A stretch of DNA of 64,000 nt from an uncultured Gammaproteobacteria bacterium (GCA_964629685.1 CAZVTT010000001.1:577319-641318); one strand, 5' to 3'; shown: positions 31,505-41,605, numbered from the stretch's first letter. Translations and numbers: made by a program. The notes: a model not told the origin generated them from the sequence alone.

Positions 31505-32143
31505 TTATATTTGAAGGGTTTCAAACATCCATCTCCGTAGTTTCCCTACCTGGTCTCCAAACAACTGATGCCGGCGGGTGTCCGGTTCTGCCAACGCTTC
31601 CGCGTCGACCATTAAGAGTCTGTTAATATCCGCGTTATACACAATATTATTTGGTGACTGATTTTGGAAAATGTCTCCGTGAATTAAACCGAGTTGTTTT
31701 TCTATATCCACCTGATCCCTACCCAATTCATGAAGTAATGTCTTAATTGTTGATTCGGTAAATCCGGTAAACGTTTCCGGACTATCATCATATCCAAGTC
31801 TAACCAAATCTAATTCCGTAGCCAGATGGCAAATATTCGTACCCAGAAACGGCATACTGACAACGGACCATGGTGACGACCTCCTGGTAAATATTTCTAT
31901 GTCTGAAAGATCAGGTAATATATTCCGGTAATACGGAATAAGTTTTCGTAATTTTGTTATTTCCTGATTAGCTTCTCCGTCATTAGGTCTAACTTTAAAG
32001 ACCCTCTTGTCTATCCGAAAAACACGACGGTTCCGGAAATAACCGGGATATACCTCCGTAATCGAATCCGGAGTAATAAATTGTCCTATTTCGGACATAA
32101 ATAATCCAATATCAGTCGCTGATGGTCGTATGACTTCCGGCAT
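31505..32143 (-). CDS. Protein-kinase-like / phosphotransferase-fold hypothetical protein
   Basis: VFKV, IHGDIF...NNIVY, LMVDAE. Confidence 0.65.
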   Translation of the reverse strand: MPEVIRPSATDIGLFMSEIGQFITPDSITEVYPGYFRNRRVFRIDKRVFKVRPNDGEANQEITKLRKLIPYYRNILPDLSDIEIFTRRSSPWSVVSMPFLGTNICHLATELDLVRLGYDDSPETFTGFTESTIKTLLHELGRDQVDIEKQLGLIHGDIFQNQSPNNIVYNADINRLLMVDAEALAEPDTRRHQLFGDQVGKLRRWMFETLQI

Positions 32144-32153
32144 AGATAACTGC

Positions 32154-32188
32154 ACTAAAAAACCCGGTTTTAATCGGGTTTGTTAGTA
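32154..32188. terminator. Intrinsic terminator after the cold-shock gene
   Basis: AAAAAACCCGG-TTTTA-ATCGGGTTT. Confidence 0.65.
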
Positions 32189-32218
32189 CTCTTTAAAATT
32201 TATAGAGCTAGTTTTGAA

Positions 32219-32416
32219 TTAGACGCGGGTAACGTTTTTTGCGCTTTGACCCTTTTCACCGTTTACAACTTCAAATGTGACGACATCGCCTACTTGAATT
32301 TGATCAAAAGTGACACCATTCAAATCTTTAGAATGAAAAAATAGGTCTTTAGTTTCGCCTTCGCGGCTAATAAACCCAAATCCTCGATCCGTTTTAGTTT
32401 TGACTGTTCCTTGCAT
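32219..32416 (-). CDS. cspA: Cold-shock protein
   Basis: RNP motifs RGFGFI and DLFFH; 65 aa. Confidence 0.93.
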   Translation of the reverse strand: MQGTVKTKTDRGFGFISREGETKDLFFHSKDLNGVTFDQIQVGDVVTFEVVNGEKGQSAKNVTRV

Positions 32417-32634
32417 AGTAATTTGGTAGAGATAATAATTTTATCTCCATATCTCCTTTCTATACAGGCCATTATAGCAGATTGTATGCTAATTTACTTA
32501 AATTGAGGTAAACCAAGTTATTATAGGCCTATAAAGAGTGTTTTTACGTGGTGTTCTTTAGGAGACTTGCTAAATGGCTATAAAACCAAAAAATCCTGTC
32601 ATATGTGAGTTAGACAGGATCTGTATTTGGGGTA

Positions 32635-32790
32635 TCAGGCGTTTATTTCCTGAGGGGGATTGGATATAACGCGATTTGTTTCATTCGCAGATTCTGAATA
32701 TTTATCATTCAGATATGTCCATATTTCCCGAAGAGTATAACGCCGGGAAAACGGTATCTTACTGTTTTCCTGTTCAGACAATTCTTTCAT
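32635..32790 (-). CDS. 51-aa hypothetical small protein
   Basis: Strong SD AAGGAGGTG before ATG at 32790; downstream hairpin ATCCTGTC/GACAGGAT (32593-32620). Confidence 0.55.
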   Translation of the reverse strand: MKELSEQENSKIPFSRRYTLREIWTYLNDKYSESANETNRVISNPPQEINA

Positions 32791-32931
32791 TGTCTTCACC
32801 TCCTTTCCGGAGGGCAAATATTAAATGTGCCTACCGGAATTATAACAGTTTTACTAAAAATATTCATTACCTGTTTTACATCTGTTTATCCGTATGATTG
32901 GGAGCGGTAGGGTATAATTAGAGTTTACGCT

Positions 32932-33738
32932 ATGAAAATTGATATAAATCCGAAAAATTCACAGGCTTTGGATATAACTCAGGAAAAACGGGAACTTGAG
33001 CTTTTGGTATTGGAAAAAGAGCAGGAGTTAGGCATCGTGTTGGAAAAAGTGGAATCACTTAAGCGGGAAATAGCGGATTTTCAGGAGTTGTATGATCTTA
33101 AAATCAGGAAGCTGTATATGCGCTTGGAATATTTGGAAGAACAGTTATTTAAGTACAGAAATATAAGTGAAGTGGTAGATAACCTATTCTCATTTTCGGA
33201 AGCTCAGGAAGTATTTGAGGAAACCATGAAAAGCAGACGAGCCCGCATGGAGGAAGAATATGAAAAAGCACATCAGCAGGAAAACATATTACGCAAAAAA
33301 AATTCAATGTCGGAGAATGCACAAAAAGAATTAAAACTTTTATACCGGAAACTGGCAAGATTATTTCACCCGGATCGTTTAGGTGGTGACGACAAGTTTA
33401 TGATTCGTATTAATAAGGCTTATGCGGAAGCTGATCTCGAATTTTTGCGCAATTTTGAATTGGATCATGTACCGACGGATAAGGATGATCACACCGTTAG
33501 CGGGTTACAGCAACGGTTGGTAGATCTGTATCAGTTACTGGATAAAGCCAGTAAAGAGCTTAAATTACTGCGGAAGCACGATATGTATATTATGAAAAAA
33601 AATATTACCAAATCAAACCGGACGAAAGAGGATTTTTTCAATGCGCAGGCAAAAAAAATCAGAAGAAAAATAATGCAGAAGCAGGAAGAGTTAGAAGATT
33701 TAAAAGAAAAATTCGGACAAAATACGGAAGTATTTTGA
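32932..33738 (+). CDS. Coiled-coil protein with central J domain
   Basis: LYRKLARLFHPDR...MIRINKAY. Confidence 0.88.
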   Translation: MKIDINPKNSQALDITQEKRELELLVLEKEQELGIVLEKVESLKREIADFQELYDLKIRKLYMRLEYLEEQLFKYRNISEVVDNLFSFSEAQEVFEETMKSRRARMEEEYEKAHQQENILRKKNSMSENAQKELKLLYRKLARLFHPDRLGGDDKFMIRINKAYAEADLEFLRNFELDHVPTDKDDHTVSGLQQRLVDLYQLLDKASKELKLLRKHDMYIMKKNITKSNRTKEDFFNAQAKKIRRKIMQKQEELEDLKEKFGQNTEVF

Positions 33739-33756
33739 CGATATTACGTTTGTGAT

Positions 33757-35154
33757 TTAGGGAGTACTTGTTTTTATGGCCGCAAGCAAAGGAACAAGTT
33801 GCCTGTTATCCTTATTTACAGTTCTAAACGAGCCATCCCATTTGCGCAAATCCACGGTAACATAGGAGGATGAATCATCTTCCTCAGGGATGGGTATATC
33901 AATGAATGACTGTAATATCCGTAAGCGCATAAGCCAATCGTTAGTTATACGGGCATTTACTTCATCAGCAGGAGTATTTCCGATGTGCTGAATACGGGGT
34001 AAATACGTCGGTATGCGGATAGTATTCACTCCGCGTGCGCGGAATAGAGCCAGAGCTGTAGCGAAGCTGACCATTGCTGCACCTCCGGAAACGGTGTTGA
34101 ATCGTTTAAGTCGATCTTCCCGGTCTGAAATAATTCCACGAATACGTGGAGCTTCTAATTGTTGTTTTAAGTTCACTATTGTACGTTCTATTAATGATAC
34201 ATAAAAATCTTTACTGTTTATAGCACTCTGATCAACGAATTGTTTTATGGTGGACATACGTTGAAGTACGTCCGGTATCTCGTCCTGGTCAACGTTATCC
34301 GGCAGTTGTAAATGTAACTGTGGTGCTTCGTCATTTAACATATCATTTAACAAATGATAGCTTCTTCTTAAGCTTAATTCGGTTAATTCCATTCTTCCCG
34401 TTGATTTTGCTTCTACCGGATCAAGTTGGATGGAATATATGGTGACTTGTTCTGGTGTGTCTATGCCATAAATAACCGAATGGATAGCATCCGTTGGTTC
34501 CTGTTGTGGAGTTTCGGTGGACGAAATATGTAAAGTTCGGGGACCTTCTACGTAACTTGCCGTTGAAGTTGTATCCAGAACTGTTACTGTTTCGGTTCCG
34601 GACTTGGTCGGAATTTCCCCGATTTCCGTCCAATCGGTAAAAGGTAACCCCCCGTTACGTATTTCGTTTTGTATGCGCTCAAGAAATTCTTTCGGGTGAG
34701 CAAAGTCAGCGTATGTAGCCCGTTCCCAAACCGTTACAACATCCAGGTATTCAAACCAGTTGGAATGCGTTTTATGTACGTCCGCAATATCTTGGAACGC
34801 TACAAGTGTACGAAAAAAATCACGACACTCCCCGATACGTAAAATATATTCGGGAGGTGTTTTATCAGGAGAAGGGAAGTCTGAAGGGGGTTCATCCTTG
34901 TACGGATCTGACTGCATTGTGCGATAGGTGTATGTTTTTTCATCATGTGTAAATTCAAGTGAAATTTTTTTCTCAAAAACGAAATTCCGCAAAAAATTTT
35001 TCAGTATCGGCAGCTTGTTCCGTAACATCGTGTCTTGACTTTCCAGAGTTTCAAAGATTCCTATAAGTGGACCGGAGAAATTGTCACTGTTCCTAAACCC
35101 TTCCCAATCTTCATCAAGTATTATGTGTTCCGCGGTTGGTTCAGTAAATGTCAT
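33757..35154 (-). CDS. Hypothetical protein (about 465 aa)
   Basis: Long ORF with no recognised family; ATG at 35154 preferred. Confidence 0.7.
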   Translation of the reverse strand: MTFTEPTAEHIILDEDWEGFRNSDNFSGPLIGIFETLESQDTMLRNKLPILKNFLRNFVFEKKISLEFTHDEKTYTYRTMQSDPYKDEPPSDFPSPDKTPPEYILRIGECRDFFRTLVAFQDIADVHKTHSNWFEYLDVVTVWERATYADFAHPKEFLERIQNEIRNGGLPFTDWTEIGEIPTKSGTETVTVLDTTSTASYVEGPRTLHISSTETPQQEPTDAIHSVIYGIDTPEQVTIYSIQLDPVEAKSTGRMELTELSLRRSYHLLNDMLNDEAPQLHLQLPDNVDQDEIPDVLQRMSTIKQFVDQSAINSKDFYVSLIERTIVNLKQQLEAPRIRGIISDREDRLKRFNTVSGGAAMVSFATALALFRARGVNTIRIPTYLPRIQHIGNTPADEVNARITNDWLMRLRILQSFIDIPIPEEDDSSSYVTVDLRKWDGSFRTVNKDNRQLVPLLAAIKTSTP

Positions 35155-35299
35155 AATTGAATAATTTGTACTCTCCAAAGTTTAGTATACATTGATTTTT
35201 TGCAGTAAGTGTCCGAATAACTACATGTTACTACGAAAATATTAGAAGATATAAAAGATAAAGGGGTGAATAGCGAAAGTAACTGCTCTACCAACGTAA

Positions 35300-35346
35300 C
35301 GTGGATATACGTACATTCGGTTTGCCGTTATATACATATATCCACG
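35300..35346. terminator. Long hairpin ending the stress mini-operon
   Basis: CGTGGATATA...TATATCCACG inverted repeat just 3' of the 53-aa ORF. Confidence 0.55.
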
Positions 35347-35357
35347 AGTTTTTATCG

Positions 35358-35519
35358 TTAGATTTTGTTGTCTAATTGGTTTTGCAATTCTTTGATTTTT
35401 TCTTCAATCCCAATCCTGGCATCTGCAGCAGCGATTTTCAGATTAGCGGTTAATTCACTTATCTTGGCTTGTATTTTTTCTTTTTCCGCTGCGGCTTTGT
35501 CCATATGTGCATTATTCAT
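35358..35519 (-). CDS. 53-aa coiled-coil protein (below the ORF-track cutoff)
   Basis: MNNAHMDKAAAEKEKIQAKISELTANLKIAAADARIGIEEKIKELQNQLDNKI; SD AAGGAGGT. Confidence 0.75.
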   Translation of the reverse strand: MNNAHMDKAAAEKEKIQAKISELTANLKIAAADARIGIEEKIKELQNQLDNKI

Positions 35520-35530
35520 ATATACCTCCT

Positions 35531-36067
35531 TTAAACGGTAATGGCTTTTAGTTGCTGGGCACCATGATCTCTCATTATTGAGAGTGATTCTTTTGAATTA
35601 CTGGCTATCATAGTCGGTACAGCCAGTAAAATACCTCCGGATTTTATAGTATCCTCATATATCCGCGCCGTATCTTCCGGTACTCCCAGACCTATGAGCG
35701 CACCCATAAATCCTCCGGCTAACGCACCGCTTACTGCTCCTGAGGCAGCGGTTGCAGCTGCACCCGTAAGACCTAAGGCTGCGGCAATCGGTCCGCCGAT
35801 AAGTAACGCACCTACACCCGGAACAGTTATCGCACCGATACCAATCAAAAGGCCGGCAATTCCTCCTAAGACGCCACCTGTTGCGACACCGGTTGCCGTT
35901 TTATCTACTACACTTACGCCTGTGGATTCCGCTACCACCTGCGCTGTTGTATTATTCTGCATTACTAGCGACATTTCTTTCGGATTAAAACCTGCTTCCT
36001 CTAATTCGCTAATTGCTTTTTCTGCTTGTGTTCTGTCTGTAAAAACGCCTATATTCATTGTTGCCAT
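35531..36067 (-). CDS. General stress protein (YflT/17M-like, Gly-zipper)
   Basis: GVFTDRTQAEKAISEL, IPG-like VPGVG...GPIAA, GLGVPE...YE; SD AGGAGG. Confidence 0.85.
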   Translation of the reverse strand: MATMNIGVFTDRTQAEKAISELEEAGFNPKEMSLVMQNNTTAQVVAESTGVSVVDKTATGVATGGVLGGIAGLLIGIGAITVPGVGALLIGGPIAAALGLTGAAATAASGAVSGALAGGFMGALIGLGVPEDTARIYEDTIKSGGILLAVPTMIASNSKESLSIMRDHGAQQLKAITV

Positions 36068-36080
36068 GTGTCCTCCTATT

Positions 36081-36164
36081 CTAGTGAATAATATGTATTC
36101 CTATCAGATACAACAGTAAAAGGGATATGGGTACACCAATAAACCAACTCAGTTCATATTCCAT
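36081..36164 (-). CDS. 27-aa single-TM peptide (below the ORF-track cutoff)
   Basis: MEYELSWFIGVPISLLLLYLIGIHIIH; SD AAGGAGGTG; stop abuts the SD of the next gene. Confidence 0.6.
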   Translation of the reverse strand: MEYELSWFIGVPISLLLLYLIGIHIIH

Positions 36165-36324
36165 ACTGTTCACCTCCTTCCAATATTTTCAAGTACTGTT
36201 GATTTCTTCTAAAGAGACTTTACTGTTCCCGGATAGGAACGTTATAAAAATAACGTAAGGGAAAAGTAAGAACCTTGATGTCTATTTTTCCTGACAACGG
36301 ATGTAATCTCGCGAGAAGGAATTT

Positions 36325-38634
36325 TTATCTGGGGTCGGGAGCAGTTATGGTAAGAAAAAACGGTTGTATTTCATTATAGTTATCGCCACTGTCTTTAACA
36401 GAGACGGTTATTTCATATTTCACTCCGGTCTTTAGTGCAATGGGAATGGTTTTTCTGAACGTTGAGTCGTTATTTACAATTGTATCGTACGTGTCGAGGC
36501 AGTATTCGTCACCACTCGTACAGGTTGTGTCCTTTACAGAAAAAGTAACGGTAGACCCGGATATGGCTATACCGGCAAAAGTCGGCCACCTACCCGTATA
36601 TGTAAGCGGTTGATTCGTTTGTGATGGATTGTCGGCAGACAAATGAATGGTACCGTTGGAATTTCCTATTCCGGTTAATACGAGCGGAAAAAAGTCCCGG
36701 GTGGTGAGCGCTTTTCTGGTTCCTATCCTGAGTGTTTTGGATTCCGTGTATTGTATTTGACCCGCGTGGTCAAGCGCTTCAATTTTCCACTGGTAGGTCG
36801 CATCTGATAGCAGCATACCGCCGTTCCCGAAATATTTATCTGTAGCATTTCCTCTGGCATCTACTGCTTTGGGAGAAACGGTAATCACGGAGTTTTGATC
36901 ATCATATTCAACTACTTTCAGCCGGTCCTCATATATGCCATCCGGATTATCGGTGTTATTCGGTTGAAAATTATCCGGACTGTTTCTTACATCCCGGTAG
37001 GCTATCGGAATGTTATCTATATATGGTATCCAATCTCCGTTGTTTTTTTTAACCAGAATTTTAAAATGATCAAGATTTTCACGAAGATCGGAGAATCTCT
37101 GTTTATGAATCCGGAAGGTGAAAGAGGGAAGCCTGTTTGAAGTGAATGTATTTTGAATAGGTAGTAGCGATTCAAAAGGTTCGAAATACAAAGTGGTGTT
37201 TCCGGTGTCCTTATCGTTGTTGTGTGTAGCACGGATTTTTACGGTATATCCTTGTTGGTCTGCCATACTATTGGTACTCGGATCGAAATCAAAGAAATAG
37301 TGTTCACGGTTAGAATCAAAAGCACCGTCTGATGCAGCTCCACCGGTCCATGAGCTTCCGTTTATTGAATATTCTATGTATCGGATAATTTGGTGATTAA
37401 TATTCGTAGAAGCTTCACCGGTAAATCGAAGTTTGCCATTGGGTTGTCCGTACACGGTTCGTGAAAGGGTAAGATCGGGAAGTTTATTGGTGAAAAGTAA
37501 TACCCGGTTATTTTCCGGATCGGCTATTACCATTTGGGTGTCTGTAGCGAAAATGCCTTTTGCATTGTGTGAAGATTTGGCACTAATTCCTCCGTTGTTT
37601 TGAATTGCGGTAGTAAAGTCTGGTTGTCCGATGACTATATTGGCTGGTGCATTGTTTTGATCCGGAATTTGATTCCAGATTAAATACCGGTAAGAATTCC
37701 TATCGGAAGAATATAGTCTCCCCTTATTATCTACATGAATAAAAAACGGATGTACCGAAGATGCCGTAGAGGGAGGAGACGTATTAGCAGAGTTAAAATC
37801 TGTTTGTCCTAGAACTACATCAGCAGCAGCACCATTTGTGGTGGGAATTGTATTAAATATGGTAATCCGGAAATTTCCCCGTTCACCCACCAGGAGTTTT
37901 CCGTTATAGAATGCTACGCTACGGGGATTATTCATCGTAGTAGCAGTGGTTCCGGTTCCTGATCCTGAAAATGTAGATTGGCCAACTACGACATCTGCTG
38001 CTGTGTTGCTAGTAGTCGGAATTGAATTAAATAGTAAAATCCGCGAATTTGTGGTGTCGGCAATAGCCAATCGTTGACCGTCGGAAGCAAGTCCGGTAAC
38101 GGCAGTAAGGGTATTTGCGGCTGGACTACCGCCCTGATTAGAGAGACAGGATGTTAACGATGATTGGCCTAATACGTAGTCGGCAGCTGCACCGTTTGTA
38201 CTAGGTATCCCATTAAATACTAGTACCCGATTCCGGCCGGCGTCGGCTATAAATAGTTTTCCGTTAACATAAAGCAGACCACTATCTGCCGGGTTTAGTC
38301 CATTCGACGTACAACCCAGACTGGATGATCCGGTAAAACCGGTTTGACCGATCACTACGTCTGCCGGCATGTTATTTTCCGTGGGAACTCTGTTCCAGAT
38401 CAGCACCCGGTTGTTTCCGCCGTCCAGAACCAGCAGTTTTCCTTCCGCTATGATGGCGTATCTTGGTGCGCTCAGGGTATTCGCACGGGTAGTACCTCCT
38501 TGGTTGGCTAATCCCTGTGTAAAATCCGGTTGACCAATAACGACCGTTGCCGGCATATAGGTATAGTATGCAGAAACCGGGATTGGAAGGACGAGCAGAA
38601 TTGCACAAATAACCAGAAGTAGCAGCGTTTTCAT
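36325..38634 (-). CDS. Secreted NHL-repeat beta-propeller protein with C-terminal Ig-like region
   Basis: Signal peptide MKTLLLL, repeated AD.V.GQ.DF and D..NNRVL units. Confidence 0.88.
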   Translation of the reverse strand: MKTLLLLVICAILLVLPIPVSAYYTYMPATVVIGQPDFTQGLANQGGTTRANTLSAPRYAIIAEGKLLVLDGGNNRVLIWNRVPTENNMPADVVIGQTGFTGSSSLGCTSNGLNPADSGLLYVNGKLFIADAGRNRVLVFNGIPSTNGAAADYVLGQSSLTSCLSNQGGSPAANTLTAVTGLASDGQRLAIADTTNSRILLFNSIPTTSNTAADVVVGQSTFSGSGTGTTATTMNNPRSVAFYNGKLLVGERGNFRITIFNTIPTTNGAAADVVLGQTDFNSANTSPPSTASSVHPFFIHVDNKGRLYSSDRNSYRYLIWNQIPDQNNAPANIVIGQPDFTTAIQNNGGISAKSSHNAKGIFATDTQMVIADPENNRVLLFTNKLPDLTLSRTVYGQPNGKLRFTGEASTNINHQIIRYIEYSINGSSWTGGAASDGAFDSNREHYFFDFDPSTNSMADQQGYTVKIRATHNNDKDTGNTTLYFEPFESLLPIQNTFTSNRLPSFTFRIHKQRFSDLRENLDHFKILVKKNNGDWIPYIDNIPIAYRDVRNSPDNFQPNNTDNPDGIYEDRLKVVEYDDQNSVITVSPKAVDARGNATDKYFGNGGMLLSDATYQWKIEALDHAGQIQYTESKTLRIGTRKALTTRDFFPLVLTGIGNSNGTIHLSADNPSQTNQPLTYTGRWPTFAGIAISGSTVTFSVKDTTCTSGDEYCLDTYDTIVNNDSTFRKTIPIALKTGVKYEITVSVKDSGDNYNEIQPFFLTITAPDPR

Positions 38635-38781
38635 ATGTCTGTTGTTATACGTAAAACAACCAGTCAATATCCGCGTGAATTGTAATATCTCTTTATGCAA
38701 TTTTCGGAGTAGCAGTACAAGAGTGACGTCTGCGTGAAATGGAATGGTGTGAAAGATTACCCGGAGTGCGCTGAAAATATT

Positions 38782-39552
38782 TTACTTGCGGAAATGCGAA
38801 ATCCAACTGTAGAGTAACCCTTTGCTACCGGATATTTTCCCGGAAAGTGCGTGATCTACTGACCAGAAGAAGTCATAGAATTGAACACCCCTGGGATAGC
38901 GTTCCCGAATTTGTTCAGCAAATTCCAGATATGGTCGATAAAGGAAATCCGCAGGTTCCTCGGATTCATGATTAACAATGTAATTTCCGAGCTCCGTGAG
39001 TTTGGCATCGTCTTTCTCTTTCATAACACCGCCGCGGGTCAGGTAGCGGTAAAGAATCGTTTTCGCCGGTAAGCAGGGGAAGGCTACGGAGTTAATTAGT
39101 CGCGGCTGCACTGCCATAGTTTCAGCCGGTACTTCTACCCGGATATCCCGGTACTCAAGGAAATAGCGGCCGTCATCGGTTCTGAGAGATGATAATAATT
39201 CTAACGGAGAAGACCGTTTAGGTTCCGGTACACCCATGATGCAGGGTTCTATACCCAGTTCCGGAAATAACAATTGTTTCGTATGGGGTTGTAGTTCCGT
39301 AAGCGCTGCTTGAATTGTTTCCAAATCCGGACCAAATGCGATTGCGTCAAAATCTATTACCGTTCCGTTGTTCCGAAAAGGATGAACAGGCTGACCCAAT
39401 ATTGCTTTAATTGCTAATCCTCCAACTAAGGAGTATTCGACCCCATGTTGTTCTAATCCGGCCTGTAGGACCATAAGGTTATCCGTAAATTCCGCACATG
39501 CTTCTGCGGTATTCAACATATCTGGTCTGTTGCCTGTTTCTGCTGCTATCAT
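38782..39552 (-). CDS. Putative nucleotidyltransferase (Pol-beta superfamily)
   Basis: YSLVGGLAI...IDFDAI, C-terminal KEKDDAKL. Confidence 0.65.
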   Translation of the reverse strand: MIAAETGNRPDMLNTAEACAEFTDNLMVLQAGLEQHGVEYSLVGGLAIKAILGQPVHPFRNNGTVIDFDAIAFGPDLETIQAALTELQPHTKQLLFPELGIEPCIMGVPEPKRSSPLELLSSLRTDDGRYFLEYRDIRVEVPAETMAVQPRLINSVAFPCLPAKTILYRYLTRGGVMKEKDDAKLTELGNYIVNHESEEPADFLYRPYLEFAEQIRERYPRGVQFYDFFWSVDHALSGKISGSKGLLYSWISHFRK

Positions 39553-39685
39553 GCGCGCTATTGTAGCACTGACAGATAAATTCGCAAATTCTATGCAGTA
39601 CGAATTAAAAATATATGAGATGGAATAGTGGTGAGTACACCGTACTGGACAAATTTATTCGTGAGTTGTGGTTAGCTGCGGATAT

Positions 39686-40609
39686 CTAGAAATGAAAGAA
39701 TAGTACGACTATTAACGGAATATAACATAATGCAAAAATGGTGCTAAGAAAAACCGCGAGTGCAGCTTTTTCCGGTTGTGCTTTTAGCTCTGTTGCATAA
39801 GCTACGGTATTTGCGGCAAGGGGAACAATAGACATAAGTATCATGACCTGGTGTATTTCCGGCGTATAGAGATGTAAGAATTGGTTATCTAAAAAAATTA
39901 TTAATAGTATAACTGCAGGCCAGATAATGAACTTTGCCAGAAACGTAAGACCCAGGAATACATAATCGAAAGAGTATTTTCCGAAACTGGCGAGTCCCAG
40001 CCCTATTAGCATCATTCCTAGTATGGTGTACGCACCGCGGAAGCTAATGATGATATCGGTGTAAATCTGTCCGAAAGAAATACCTAAGATGTTCGCTGCG
40101 AGACCAAGGAAGAACGCGTAGAGCGTAGGAAGTTTTATTACTTTCTGAAGTGCATCGTGTGCGGTGTAGTTTCCTTTTGCGGTTATAAAAAACCCCAGTG
40201 AATTTTCATAGAGAATTATTCCCAGAATAGATAGCACTACCAGACCCACTACCGTTTCATTGAAAATGGCTATCGCTACCGGTAACCCGAAATATCCTAC
40301 ATTTGCTGCACCCGCAGTAAACGCCAATATGTTTTTCGTGCTGTCTTTCCAAAAGATTTTACCTATCGTTAGAAAAGAAATTGCCAGGGCTGAGGCGACG
40401 GTGAAAAACAGGAATGGGAGAGATAACGCACCCACAGTAATTTTGGTAGTAAGTGCACCGTTAAAAACGATTATGGGAGCAATAATATAAATGAGTAATG
40501 GAGCAATTGATTCCTTTTTTACCTTTAGAACTTTACCGGCCACAAATCCGAGCAAAATAATAATATAGAGGGGAATGAGTTTAAATAACAACGTAAAGAA
40601 AATTTCCAT
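39686..40609 (-). CDS. AEC (auxin efflux carrier/malate permease) family transporter
   Basis: 10 TM helices, ANVGYFGLPV, PTLYA, VPLAAN, STIFAL. Confidence 0.92.
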   Translation of the reverse strand: MEIFFTLLFKLIPLYIIILLGFVAGKVLKVKKESIAPLLIYIIAPIIVFNGALTTKITVGALSLPFLFFTVASALAISFLTIGKIFWKDSTKNILAFTAGAANVGYFGLPVAIAIFNETVVGLVVLSILGIILYENSLGFFITAKGNYTAHDALQKVIKLPTLYAFFLGLAANILGISFGQIYTDIIISFRGAYTILGMMLIGLGLASFGKYSFDYVFLGLTFLAKFIIWPAVILLIIFLDNQFLHLYTPEIHQVMILMSIVPLAANTVAYATELKAQPEKAALAVFLSTIFALCYIPLIVVLFFHF

Positions 40610-40670
40610 TCTTTATTATAAATCTTTTTTCCGCCTCTAGCCATTTATTTGTAAACTGTGACGGAGAAGT

Positions 40671-41029
40671 GGTGGATTTATAATTCGATCGGAAATGTCG
40701 CACATTCATAATTTGGAATTGACGTGAAAAACTCAGGTGTACTCAATATATGCGTTGCAGACGACTATCTTGTACTGAGTTGAACCGGAGCTGTAAGCTG
40801 TTGAGTAAATGGTTTGCACTTTTTGGTTCGATAGCTGCGGTGATTATGTTAGCATTCACAGAATATCTACTTGTTGAATGGCTGGTCTAGCTGTGGCCTA
40901 TTATTGTCGGAGCATGTCTTTTGTGTACCTCCTGGTAAGCGATGTACTAGCGGATTTTCAAGTGAAAGTACAATATGGAAGCAATTATGGACTTTAATGT
41001 GAATTAGTTTACATGCATACGGAAAGGAA
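40671..41029 (+). repeat. Decayed copy of 48177-48536 (dispersed direct repeat)
   Basis: Collinear shared blocks GGTGGATTTATAAT, ACGACTATC, GAGTTGAAC, CTGTGGCCT, GTCGGAGCAT, ATGGAAGCAATTA, GCATACGGAAAGGAA. Confidence 0.9.
40795..40997 (+). pseudogene. Pseudogene paralogue of the 48301-48504 membrane protein
   Basis: ATGATG changed to AAGCTG, in-frame TAG at 40888, downstream indels. Confidence 0.8.
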
Positions 41030-41055
41030 TCGAACCTTATCTTACGTAATTCGGA

Positions 41056-41376
41056 CTATCTGTATAGGAAAAAATTAAGTAAAAGAGTAGTAATTATATA
41101 AACTGAAAGTAGAAAAATAGTTCGTCTACCAACCGAAAGTATTATTTTTTTAGACGTATCTTCTTCGTTCGTTTCTAAACAGCCTAGAAGTTTTGAAAAG
41201 TTAAATAATAAACTTGAGAATGCAAATGCTACCAGGAGGCCGATTACAAAAGAAAGTGGACGTTTCTGTGGTAAATACTGCATGCCAACAACACCTTGTG
41301 CAATTCCGATAAATTGAAGAAAAAGGTAAAAATTAGCTGTGCCAATGCCGAATAAAAATAATTCATTTTTTTTCAT
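41056..41376 (-). CDS. Three-TM hypothetical membrane protein
   Basis: Hydrophobic ORF; AAGGAG upstream. Confidence 0.65.
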   Translation of the reverse strand: MKKNELFLFGIGTANFYLFLQFIGIAQGVVGMQYLPQKRPLSFVIGLLVAFAFSSLLFNFSKLLGCLETNEEDTSKKIILSVGRRTIFLLSVYIITTLLLNFFLYR

Positions 41377-41605
41377 TTTTCTTTTTCTCCTTTAGCCATA
41401 TCGCAATTGTTGACGTGCTAACACCTGAAGAAATAATTAACAGCTGTATAAGTTCATGGATATTCCCTGAACATATAATGCCGGTTGAGCAAACAGGAGC
41501 GTTTAATACTCCACAGAGTAGACACATATGGGTAAAGAATACCACTGCGGGTAGATGTATACAAACAGGAGATAGTGTTAATTCAGTAATGCAACTAACT
41601 TGCAT
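41363..41605 (-). CDS. Possible Cys-rich 80-aa protein overlapping the downstream gene
   Basis: 6 Cys; the stop lies 14 bp into the next gene; fills the gap before the Clp start at 41625. Confidence 0.35.
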   Translation of the reverse strand: MQVSCITELTLSPVCIHLPAVVFFTHMCLLCGVLNAPVCSTGIICSGNIHELIQLLIISSGVSTSTIAIWLKEKKKNEKK

